From positions 12,090,001-12,154,000 of the forward strand of contig OZ316776.1 in the NCBI GenBank assembly GCA_973851085.1: a stretch of 64,000 bases of DNA, written 5' to 3'. Positions within the stretch are counted from its first letter, which is position 1. Every line of letters begins with the position of its first letter. Positions 41,176 to 53,926 of this stretch are shown one piece after another. The DNA comes from Ptychomitrium polyphyllum (taxonomy: Eukaryota). Position numbers and translations under genes: made by a program. Under the pieces are notes generated by a model that worked only from the letters and a program-made list of their open reading frames with translations, was not told where the DNA came from and made no database searches.

Positions 41176-44100
41176 ACCACGAAGCTTCCGCGTTCATCAA
41201 CCATGTTGAGTCAATCGAGAGTGATGCGAATCACTCCCTCATGCGCATCGACTTCCCTCCTGAGCCGAGGCTTCAATCGAACGGGTGAAACCCACCGCCA
41301 ATATGATCTGCGAGCCTTTGGGCTCGTGCGTGCCTTGTCAACCTCGTCACCCTGAAGTGTACCGCAGAAGACGGTAGAGTTGGTGTGGTTCCGAATTGGT
41401 GGATCGGATTGCGCTGCTGCTACGCACGGCGGTAATCCTCCGGGGCGCACCTGATTAATTGTACAGAGAGTACTTAGCATCGAGAGTGGAGCATCCTCTG
41501 CTAGACGGATGAGCTCCGTAGAGTAAGTGGGAGATATGGCATCAATTTTGGAGTGTATAGCTTGATCGGAGTTCCTAGTATACCTGTACTATACCGTTAA
41601 TGGAATGGGCTGCCTCGGTCGGCAACGCTGTCGAGATGGTCCGGTTGCTCCAGATTCTGCCACAGAACGCTCACTGCCGTGGGGTTGAATGTATGCTTGA
41701 CCTTGGTCGATGGTTATGGTGTTCTGGTGCTGGGCACAGTTTTTGGCAAAGCGACCTGAAGCGTGATTTTTCCTGCGAGTCGCGAATTTGCATGTGCGGC
41801 GGAGTGTTAGGCGAGTGCTGTTTCGGTTGGGATGCGGGCCTTTCCGCAGGCATCGCGGGTGGCAGCGGCTTCTGTAGACATTATTCCGGGGGCCTTCAAT
41901 GATTGGTTGTACGCGAACGATATCACCCTTGCAAAGGTTGGGAGCAAATTTTGCCATTCGACAAAGATGTGCACGATGACATTTTTCAAGCCAAACTGGT
42001 GTCTGTTTTGTAAGATGGCTGTGAGGTACATGCTGGAAGTTTGGATGTTGGTGTCAAGTTCTGAGATGTAACCTAAGTTTATGGTGCTTCCTTTTGTGAT
42101 TTGGGTATGTTTTTGTTGCATTTATTAGTGTGGATGTTGGTGTAAGGATTTTTGTAAGGATGATATTTAGGTTAGTTTGCATTTATTTGGTTTTGTGTCT
42201 ACTAACTAGTATGGTTTTTGACTTGTGAGTTTTTGGAGTAGGTTGTATTGCAGAATTTATGTTTGTGTTTTATTTATTTTTTGGTCAATTGTTTACTTGC
42301 TTTTTCTTTAGTTTGTTGGAGTATATCTTATATATGAGGTTTAAAGGTTTGTAGTTGCTTGGAATGATTCTTGGAGTGGATCTTTAAAGTTTTCTGAAAC
42401 AACCAGCTTACAGAATAAGTTGATTTATTCTTAATGGAATTTCTTGTATGTTTTGGATGTTTGAATATAGATTTTATATTAATGCTACATTTTGTAATTC
42501 TTATATAAAGGACTTTGCATCATTTTATTTCTTAATAAGCACTTGAATTTCATGTATAGACTTGAAATACATTGTATTATGTCATTGTTTTTTTTTTTTT
42601 TTTGAATTGTCAAATTAAGAAAGATAATTTCATATAATGAAGATATAGCATTATAGTTATATCCATGTTTTATTTGTGATAGAAAACGTTTGTTTGTTAG
42701 ATTATCAAATTTGTACAGTAGTTAAGATCAATAACTTAGACTTATATATGGCATTAAAATCACTTAACGGCTTTTACATGTATGAAATTGTACCTTTAGA
42801 TATAGAATAATATCTGTATAGAGTTTTTTTTAACTCTTTGAGAAAATTTTGTTAACTTTTAAATGTCTTCTAAGTACATTTAGTATGTTTTTATATGTTT
42901 AGCATTTGTTTCTTATAGGATGGTTTAAATTGGAATAATAATAGGTCATTCAAATAATATACATATAAAATACAACTATTCTTTTGGCCCAAAATCCATT
43001 GGAGTGATTTTGAATTGTATCATTTTCATATCATTTGATGTTGTAAGGCATTTTGAAATGTCATATTGATATCTAGATGTCATCATTGAAATAATAAGGT
43101 ATGTTTTGATATCATTTTAATGTGACAGTTATTATTTCATTTACTATGGAGATTTACTATGGAGATGTGGATTAGTGTTAGAATATGATATTTCTTTTTT
43201 CTTTTGAAATCTTTATGGAATGGAGATGTTTTCTTTTCCCATTAATCTTGAAACACTGGTTGTTCTGTCTAGGGCTTTTCGACTTGAATATTGTGGGTGT
43301 AATTCACAGGGGCTGATGGAGCTTAATCTGGGGCCTATATCAAGCTGCTAGAGCCACGTGCATATCCCAAGTCATCGCAATCCATGATTTACGCCGCATG
43401 TCTCCTATGTGCTGCAGTGCATATTGCAATTCTTTAGGAATTTAGCATTTTAAAAAAGTTTTTGATTGAAATCATTCCCAGTTCTTGAGGATCGTCAAGG
43501 GTTCAAGGAGAAGAAATCCGGTCGTTTCAGGGATCAGTGTGAATAAAAATGTTGTTCCTACCAGATCCAATCATAGTGCCGTTTAATGTGGTCTAAACTA
43601 ATTAATAGAAGGTAGATTTCCCATGACAGCCTATGTCGTTTTACCAATGTCCCATACAATGTCTAAAATCAAAAATAAAATTGGGTGGAGTATCAATCAA
43701 TATATAGATCATGGATTCCTCTTCTACATGGTTTTAGGTGCATGTGGACTCATATTTAGATTCTTGATATATTGAACATCAAAAGAAAATTTAAAATTTA
43801 AAACAAGTATAAAAAATTATTTTTGTTAAATTGGAATATTTTTCTAAAATAAGAACTTCATTAATTTTGCTTTTAAAAAAAAGTTGATTCATTGTAAGGA
43901 GCATTAAGGTATCATACAATATTCTCCAAAGAGAATAAGAACAACCTTTACACCTTGTTTCACTTGTCAGTTTTTAGAACTTCCATTCTTTAAGAAAATC
44001 AAAATGGATTCCATTGTAGGTAGTAAAAATGGCAAAGCCATGCCTATAGAAGTAGATTGAATATGTGGCCTACCTATGGTATTCAAAAAAGGCTTCTTTG

Positions 44101-46731
44101 ATGATGAATGATTGGTTGCTTGATAATGATCTTAAGGAGATGTTAGCAATCCACCAATAATGAAAGATGAAGCACCATTAAACAACTAAATCCCAAGTAA
44201 TGTAATGAATTTTTTTCAACAATTATAATATGTATCAAAATATAATTGTCCAAAGATTAAGCATGTAGATGACGGTGGAGGAATGAAAATGGCTAGTTAT
44301 TTTGGAATTCAACAATCAGGAATTGGCGTATAATGAAGATATAGCCATATGATTGTTGCATGCAAAAAATAAATATTGGACATTAAAGACAATGCAAAAA
44401 TATAATAATGAAATATACTATTTTAATATAAAATTTTAATGAGTGTGAAATTTGGACATAAAATTTGACTATAAAGGAAGTAATTAAAACTTTGTTTTAC
44501 ATATGACCTTGATGTCCCATTGTTTTGTTTTCACAAAAAATTTATATGTAGCTAAATTATTCAAGTAAGATTAATAAAAAAAAATCTGTAATGGCCTTTT
44601 GTTCTTTGTTTAATGTAAGGTGGATGTTCAAAGAGGCTCTTATTGAATTCTACATTTCAAAATACACCTATGATAATAGTGATGCACATGTTAGTTATTC
44701 ATAAAATTTGCATTTAAAAAAAGAACACTTATGCTTTAATTCATTGCATGAAGGCTTTCATGGACTTGCAAAAAATACAAATTTGCATTAGAATTTGCTA
44801 TCTTTAAGTTCTAAGTATAATTGTTCCACTACAACAATGTACTTTCTATTGTTAGATTTTATAATAAGCATGTATTCAAGTTTTATGTTGTTGACAATGG
44901 AAGATTAATTATGCACTATAAGAAGCAATTTATTATTAACGCTTGGCTCTTTCTTGGCAATGCCATTTGAATGTAGAAGATAAATAAGAATGATGGCCGT
45001 CACCTTCCCTAGAATAAAATTAATTTAAACCTTGTAAAATTTATGTTATTGTAGAATAACTTCAAAATTTACCTTCAAATAAAGAATGTTGGAAAAAAAG
45101 ATGCCAAAGCCGCTAAGCCTAATATTAGTATAAAAGAGAATTTTGACCATTTTTTATTAAATTTTCTTTTACATCTACAACATTATTACAATCCAATAAT
45201 ACTATCATTTGAAAGTCATTACTTTTTAAGATAATGACAAGCCCTACTTTGAAAAAAGAAAAATCCAAGCCAAATTTCAATTCTTTTAAAGATGTCTTTA
45301 TTGTACCATCCTTGTAACAACCTTTATCTCTTTGTCTAAGTAAGTAAAAACTCTTACATACAGAGTTTACTCCCAACCATTGAAATTATAAAAAGTTCAA
45401 AATAAAGTGGTGGTGTTTATATGTGGCAACAAAAGAAGGTAAAAATAGCAATTCAAGAAAATATTGGAAAAAAATTAGGTGTAAGGAAGTTAGTACAATT
45501 GAGCTTATGCCTTGCTCCATAGTCCTTTATTTCATCGCAAGTCATTACTGTAAGAAAGCAAAGTTTCACCAATACATGAAATTGTAAATTATTTGGATGT
45601 AATAATATAGCTTTTATTGGAGCAATGATTAAAATTTGAACAATCTTGCTACACTTGATATTAAATTTACTCTTCTATAATTGATAATCCACTAATAACC
45701 ATCATTGTAGTTTGTTGTGCTTAAATATATTGATGGTCAGCTTGTAAACAAATAGCTTCTACCATCTTGACCTTGTTTATAGATTTATAGTTGTACTATA
45801 TTACAATTATAATTAGTATTTGCATGGTTTATAAAAGGAGTGGTTATGAAAATTTAAATTTAAAAAAAAAACATTTAATTTTTTTTAGAAATTAAAATTA
45901 AAATAAAAAAAAAATATATATATATTCCAAATTTATACTTATCCATTGATCTATGCATTTAATAATCACTTAGTTTTTGTTACACTATTGATTAAAAGAT
46001 CTATAAATACAAACATTGTATTCAAATTCTCTATTCCTTTATCATCTTTTTTAATGGTTAACTTTCACATTTACATGGAAGGTTTATTGATGCCTATTTG
46101 TCCATATCTTCACAAATTATCCATAATTCCTAAAATATTTTATAAGATTATGATGAATACAAAATATCTTTAATAATATATATGCATTCTATGAAAACTT
46201 CAATTAAATATTTAACTTAGGTGGTTATTATTATATTGCTTTATATATCTATAAATATAAATATTATTTATTTATTCATCTACTAAATAATATCTATAAT
46301 TTTTGTTTCTACCAATTACAATAGCTTTTTAATTTTGAATAAATAAAAAATTCATATATAAACTTGAAGCAATCTAAATAATTCTAATTAATAAATAAAA
46401 TCTAAACTATTTTTTCATATCAATCAATGATGCTATAAGTTTTCCACTACTTTAAAATATCTAAAATAACTCTTTATCATTTCCTTTGGAGCAAAGATAA
46501 TAGAAGAAAAATAGAGCAAATGAAGAAATTTGACATGTAAATTCAAAATTTTAAAATTTACAAAATTCTTGCAAATTTTCTTTTCATTTTTAAGACAAAA
46601 ATGCTTTGAAGTCAATGATATAAAGTTAATTTTGATAATGCATACAACTGAAAAGAACAAGATTAATTTATTTTAATAGTTTCTTGTGACTATTCGAAAA
46701 CCATTTTTATAAAAAGTACATTGAATATAAA

Positions 46732-49700
46732 TGTTATAGACACAGATCATTCAACATAGTCTTTGAAATCTTTTACAACCTTTTGGAATACTATAATAAT
46801 TTCTTATAATACTATCAATGCTTTGATAGCCATTCCAGCTCCTTGAGGAGCTTCTTTAAAAAGTTCCATTATCTTTTAAAACATATTTAAGCTTCATTAG
46901 AATCTTTTTTAGCACTATCCTACAAACTACAAGTGTCATAGTGCAAACAAGATGTAAGACAAGATAAACCTTAGTCTTGCCAATCAAGGTTAAGGATTAT
47001 AATGGATTGTGCCTTTGTTATAGTCTTTGTATCACTTACTATTGACCATTATCACCTTTCAATCTAATCCATAAAAACACCTATGCCTTTAATTCAAAAT
47101 TCTAATAACCTTACCCTTTAAGGATTACCTTCTCCCAAACCAATTCATGAACTTTTTCTTTTCAATTCAAAAAATCCATTGGTCCAAGTCTGGATAACAT
47201 ACAAGAAATATGAGAGAGCATGTTTGCAACTTTTGCACACCGCCAAGAATTATCAAACACAGTTCAAATGGAGCTTCCTTGCTCTAGCACCACTAACAAT
47301 TTAAAGCAGCACACTTGTTAGGCTATAATATCCAATGGTGATATTAAAAGTCTATATCAAGAACTCGTTTGATTGCAAGAGGCCAATATTAAAAGAGAAG
47401 TCATACATTAAGACCATGCAGAGCCAAAGATTATTATGCTAGACAAGTTTTGTGAATCAAAGCCAAAGTTGATAGGCTTTGTTCATCGAGTAAGGCTCTT
47501 TCTCAGCTTGCATCCATCTCGCTATTTTGATGACACTACTCAAGTGGGATTTGTAGCCATTCTTCTATCAAACAATGCACTATTGTAGTTTGCACCGTTA
47601 GCAAAGAAGAAGTCATAATTGTTCAACAACTTAGACGCTTTCATGGAAACATTGACAACTACATTTGGAGACACCCGTCATGAGAAGGTGGCTACAACAA
47701 GAATCCAAAGTCTATAACAAAGACAATGCTTGGCTGTTACATATGTTGCAAAGTTTTGACAACTACCTTACAATCTTGATTGGAATGACGAGGCCTTCGT
47801 CATAATTTTGATATAGAGCTTGAGAAAGAGTGTGTGTAGGATTTGCTACTCACAATGCGAAGGGTTGATACGTTGGACAAAATCATCGCTTAAGCATTAG
47901 CATATGACAACAGATTATTTGGAAGGCACTAAGAACAATGCTTGAGATGGATGCCAGTACATCAAGGTATGGCGACCAATTCTTCAAAAGGATTGGAAAG
48001 CCGGCCAATAGAACTTGAACCTATGCAAACTGATGCTGCCCAAATCAGACGTGTGGCTCTCATATAAAATAAAGAAATACATCAAAGATGAAATCTATGT
48101 TTATGTTGTGGCAAGTGTGGACATAAAATATGCGATTGCTGAATTAAGGAATCCGCCATTAAGGCTCAAAGCACAATGGTGGAGTTGGAAAATAAGAATG
48201 TCTAGTCACAATAGGAACCATGCAACAGGACACCACAAAGAAACGACCATTATATCAAAGTTCTGTATTACCTCCAAGCCCTACCTCTTACTTTGTATTT
48301 TCTATCAAAATGAAATTGTCAAATGATGAAATATTTAATGAAGTCCTTTTGAATAAAGGTGCAACGGCATGCGTCATAGACAAGGATTTTGCAACCAAAC
48401 ATCACATGGTGCTTATGAACAAAAAACATGTCGCACTTGTTGAAGTTATCAATGGATGATCTCTTGCATCTGGTAATGTTATTGAAGATACTTATCCTTT
48501 GGAGGTTGCATTTGGAGACCAAGCATCTAAAATTGTCTTTGACATCATTCAATGTTGAACAATTCTTATTGCCTTCGCCCATCCTTGCTTTGAATTACAC
48601 AATCCAAACTTTGATTGGTGCTCAAGGACTGTGGTTTCAAGCAAAAGACGTTTAGATACGAGAAATCTTCAACCGTCGGTTATTGGAACTAAGGAGTTCA
48701 TGAAAGCGGCAAAGGATAAATTAATCTACGTCATTTATGCTACATTGATGTCTTGCTTTATATAAGACTAATCAAGACATATCTCATCAACATGAAGGTT
48801 ACAAAGACATCTTTGCAAAAAGAATGTGGATGGTTTCTAGAGCACCGCCCTTACAATGGCGCCATCAAATTATAAGAAGGAGCCCAACCACCTTTTGGAC
48901 CTTTTTATAACCTATCATAGATTGAGCTAACTACCTTGAGAGAATATGTTGATGAAAATCTTGGAAAGGGCTTCATCCAACATTCCAAATCACTCGTTAG
49001 AGCATCCATCGTATTTATAAAGGAGAAGCATAGATCATTACAAATGTGTGTGGACTATTGGGGCCTCAATAAGGTGACAAAGAAGAATTATTATCTATTA
49101 TCACTGATATCAAGACTCCTATAATAACTTGGCCAAGCAAAGATGTTCTCCAAGATTGACCTTTGAGGAGCCTACAAGCTCGTACTTATCAAAATATGAA
49201 ATGATTGGAAGATAGTCTTTTGAGCTCGGTTCGGCCATTTTGAATACAACATCATGCATTTTGGCCTTATTAATGCCCCTGCAATCTTCCAACACATGAT
49301 GAATGATATCTTCTATGAGCATTTGAACGATTTTGAAGTCATCTACTTGGATGATATTTTGGTATATTCAAAGGATGAACAACACCACAAAATATTACAT
49401 GCAACTGGTTTTAGGAAACAATGCCAACAAAGATTATATGCCAATTTGGAAAAGTGCCGTTTCTATAAATCCTCGGTTGAATGTTTAAGCTACATCATTT
49501 CCAAAAGGAAAATCCATATAAATGAGAAGAAAACAAACACTGTCATAGAGTAGAGTATGCTAAGATCAATTTGAAGATGTTCAATGCTTCTTGGAATTTG
49601 CAAATTTCAACAAGATATTCATTAAGGATTATTCCAAGATTGCGGCACCATTGACACGACTTACGGGTAAGCAAGAATTCACTTGGAATGAAGATGCAGA

Positions 49701-52700
49701 GGGAGCATTTCAAGGTCTTAAGAAGTCGTTCACATTGGCTTCAATCTTTATTTACCAAATTCCATCACATCCTTTGTGTTTGGGAGTAGATGCCTGAAAG
49801 TTTGCACTTAGCTTGGTACTCTCAAAATATGACAAAGCCGTAATGATCCCATGCTTTTGCCTTTCCGTTGAAAGAAGTTCTCAGTGCCAGAGATCAATTA
49901 TGATATACATGAAAAAAAATTACTTGCAATTGTGGATGTGTTTGAAGAATGGAGACATCTGTTGGAAAGAGCTCAACATACTGTCACGATATATACAGGC
50001 CATAAGAACTTGGAGTACTTTATGAGTACACATGTTGTAAATTGCCGTCAAATAAGGTGGAATTTGTTACTTTTTAGATTTGACTTTGTCATTACCTATC
50101 GACATAATAGCCTACAAAGTAAGCCAAAAGCTCCATCTCAAAGATCTTATTTGGCTTCTAAACCTGGACATGACGTTTTGGATCAACAAAGGACTCCTTT
50201 GTTGAAGCCATAGAAGCTTCAATTAAAAGCGGTGACCACCACTTCAACATCCCATCTCAAACAAATTTAGAGGGCTTTAAAGAATGATGTCTTTGTTTCA
50301 AATATGAAGAGGCGCCAAAAAGACAACAATGATCTTTTAAATGATAATGAAGACTTTGAATTCAAGAAGGCCTACTTAACAATAAAGGACTTATGTGCTT
50401 TCCTCTAAGACCTTTGCGATTGAAGATCCTTCAAGTACGCCATGATTTTCCAACTGCATGGCTGTCGTGCACCTCTCCTTGAGGAGTGCCCGCAATACTA
50501 AGGGCACAAGGGGGACCCCGGAGTGACGTCCGGGACTTGTGGTGCCAATAGTGAGGGGAACCGAGTGGGCCTAGCGTGGGAAAGACCTCTAAGGGGAAAG
50601 ACATCCTTGTCCATGTAGATCGAGGGCCACGAAGGATAGATCGTGGGCATTGGAGGAATCACAAAGAGCTAATTCTAAAATGCTAAAGATTGCCCAAATC
50701 CGACAAGGGAGCTAAAAGTTATGGCATCCCAAAGTTGGGGTTGCCAAGGGGCTGTTCTAGAGTGTGGCAGCCCCACACAGTGACTGTATTGGAGTGGGAC
50801 AGTCCAGGGAGGGACTCCCCGGGAGTCCCGAACCTTGGGAGAGGCGTATCTCCCACAATACTAACTCAAATCAAACGTTTGAGGAGTCTATCGGCATCTT
50901 CGCAAAGAGTAGATGACGATAGAGTGGCCGCTTAATACATTTGGGCACCAGATAAGGAAGATATGGCTCCCTGAAGGTCCGCTGGGAGTCCCGGAGGCTT
51001 CCAGCGGCTAAGTCCCAAAGGAGATCGGGTGGTCTTCCAAAACTTTAGGTGTGTCGGGGTTCAGCCAACTACAGAGGGCCAGGGGGCCTGCCGAATCCCA
51101 CAGAGAGTACTATAAGGGAGGGCTGGTCCCCCTCCCCACTCCCCTAGTGTCCCGGTAGAGACCAAGGGTGAGTCCCGGTTGGTGGAGCTAATATTGGGGC
51201 TTCACTACGGGGACTCCCACACCATTGTGAGCCGGTAGACAGCCGGTTTCACGGAGGGAACTAGCGCGTTCAAAAGGGTACGCTTGTTACCACTAAGTTG
51301 AGGTGGTGTCTTCACGCCAGCACCATGATGGCCCGAGGTGATCTTAGAATCACATGGAGATCATGAGTGGTGGTGAGAAGACACCACTAAATGCGGTTAG
51401 CCCGTGTAGAATAGGAGTAACACCAAGTGAGGCCTTGGACATGCATGGAAGTCCGCACGTAACCCTTGGCTACCAAACAATTAGGTGTCCTAAGAGAAAT
51501 GGTAGAAAGACTTGGAAAGTGAGAATGGAGGTTAACCATGTGCATGTGGGGGTGTACAGGGTTGACGCGCGTGACACTTGCTAAGGTGCATTACAAGGGT
51601 TGCGACAATGGCACTTTGAATTCAAGAAAATATTGGAATTGATTATCAGAGAGTGTTGGTAGTCGCAATTGTGGAAATAAATGAAGGACTTTGTTTGATC
51701 ATGCAACACTTGCACAAAGGCCAAGGTACTAAGACACCAACCACAAGGTCTCCTCCATCTGCTTTAAGTGCCAAAGGATCAATGGTTGTCGTTGTCAAAG
51801 GATTTTATCACACACTTTCTAAACTCCAACTCTAAGGACTCTATCCTAGTAGTGGTGGATGGATTCACCAAGATGGCGCCTTTTAATCCATTTCACAAGA
51901 CGGTAACGGGAGAAAAAACTGCTAAGTTGTTCCCAAATCACACTTATTGCATATATGGATTACCAAATGTTATTGTATCCGATCAAGGGCCCAAATTCAT
52001 CTCCAGCTTTTAGAGGGCTTTATTCCAGTTGTTGCGTGTGAAAATCAACGTTTTTTTAGCACACTCTCCATAGACTAATGGTCAAATCCAAACGTGTAAA
52101 TCAAGTTTTGGAGTTGTAGCTTTGTTGCAACATAAACTACCAGCAAGACAACTAGATGAACCTCTTGCCTTTGGCAGGGTTTGTTTACAACAATACAATG
52201 CATTCTTCAACGACGCAAACTCTATTCTTCGCAAATTAGAGCCATCATCAACAAGCAAATCCAATCCAAGTAAAGCATGTTGGAAGTCTTCCAGCAAAAG
52301 ATTTGCAACTAGCTAAATCCACCAAGAACTTGCTTCATAGTTGCAACAACCGTAAGACCAATATGAAACGTATGCAAATCGTCATATGAACGACCACCTA
52401 CAATTCAAGGTTGTAGATAGCATATTGCTCTTACGTCAAAACTTACAAACAAAAGATCATCAAAGAAGTTGAACTATCAAAGATTTGGGCGGTTTGAAAT
52501 CATCAAATAGATAAATCCAACTAGTTAGTGCCCAAAGCTACTACCAACCATGCAAATTCATCCAATGTTTTGTGTATTTTTATTAAAATCCTATAACAAA
52601 TCATGCATACTAGAGAAGGCCGTTCCCCTGCTTCCTCTAGTGGAAATCAATAATAAAATGGAACATGAAATCAAAGAAATTTTAGATTCACGCATCAACA

Positions 52701-53926
52701 TTAGACGTATACAGTACCTTATACATTGGCAAGGACATGACATCAATAATAAAATATGGGAGCCTTCAAGGAACGAGACAAATGTATCATACAAGGTATA
52801 TTAATACCATCAAAGTCATCCTCAAGTACCAAGTCATTGATGACGTGTTATGATGAACCAATAGCTACTAGTTTCACAGAGAAGGTTTTTTTGTAGATAA
52901 GTATAAGAAGTGGAAGAGCAACATCCAACCTTCAATTGTATGCAGTAGTATCTCTAAGATACATCATGCCTAGATCCTAGCTAGTATATCAAGTCTTTGT
53001 GTTATCATGGATTTGCGTGAAGAACAATTGGCTGTACCTTCTTCAACGACAACACCTATTGAATCAATTTGACTTTTGCAACCTTCAACACTAAAGGATG
53101 TAAGGCAAGATGTGACAAAGGCATTTCAACATTGAGTGCGACCACGTATAGAAATATTGGTGACTTGCCCTTCATATTCTAGTCTTGATTGAGATGCCCG
53201 AACTCTAGTTATCTTAATAGAAGTTGGAAGAGCCACGCATGGAGGACTAGAGATCGTGCTTGGAAGATATTTTGCAGGACTTAATTAGTATCTCATCTTA
53301 GGCTAAGACATTATAATAATAGAAGTCTTGGCTGGTGGACATTGGCGTTCCTTGCAAGGATCAATTGAGCTGGTGGGGAAGTAACAACAAGCAAAATATG
53401 TTGCTTTCTTTCTTTGAAAAAATCTAAAATTCGTAGAGATGTATCCAGCAAGTTGTAATTGGAGCTCCTTGTGGAACTTATGACTAAAGAAAATAGTTGA
53501 TGTTACGGATATAAATTATGTAGTATAGTATTTAGAATTTGTCAAAACCTTCTGGTACATTGTAATAGCTTGTTAGAGTATTTTCAATGCTTCCATAGCC
53601 ATTCCACCTCTTTGAAATAGTTCTTTTGAAGGTTCCACCATATTGGAAAACTTCTTAGGAAGGTTTTATAGATTTTTAGATCATTCTTAAGCTTCATAAG
53701 AAGCTTCTTTAGAAGTATCATAGGAAAGACAAACATCACAATATAAATAAGAAATAAGAGGCATGGCAAGCTATACCTTAGTTTTGCCAACAGAAGTTGT
53801 GGATCATTTTGTATTGTGCCCTCATGTGAGTCTTTGTATGAGTTCTTGTTAATCATAAGCTCTTTAGAAGTTAATTTTTGGGAACTAGTTTATGTTTGTT
53901 TTTTGTTTGTTGTATGTTGCTCAGCA
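46732..53926 (+). mobile_element. Decayed Ty3/Gypsy chromovirus-type LTR retrotransposon
   Basis: gag remnant with Zn knuckle (LCLCCGKCGH ~48095), protease (VLLNKGATACVID), RT (MCVDYWGLN, MHFGLINAP, YLDD), RNaseH (NYDIHEKKLLAIV), integrase (ILVVVDGFTKM, VSDQGPKF), chromodomain (EIKEILDSR...YLIHWQG...WEP, ~52660-52790). Diverged LTRs start TGTTA at 46732 and 53501. Many stops and frameshifts; ends approximate. Confidence 0.85.
50463..51607. mobile_element. GC-rich solo LTR (1145 bp) inserted into the integrase region of the chromovirus
   Basis: Termini TGTCG...CGACA; perfect ATGGC TSD at 50458-50462 and 51608-51612; splits the integrase HDFPTA/GHF zinc-binding region; no recognisable protein domain. 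Confidence 0.85.

Larger units (their letters stand above)
37621..42068 (+). repeat. Left arm of ~4.45 kb inverted repeat (promoter, 5'UTR, AGPase gene and ~900 bp downstream)
   Basis: Reverse complement of 59536-63983 with no net indel. Mismatches seen at 37627, 37649 and 39431. Confidence 0.95.

Noticed and set aside
37672..42121. Many overlapping ORFs of 60-270 aa on both strands in the repeat arms (and their mirrors at 59471-63932)
   Set aside because: These are by-products of high GC and of the real spliced AGPase frame. None has an independent motif, and their duplication only reflects the inverted repeat.
50463..51607. The solo LTR spans the symmetry centre (50802) of the large inverted repeat
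   Set aside because: The centre shifts with every spacer indel and the LTR is not centred on it, so this is most likely coincidence.
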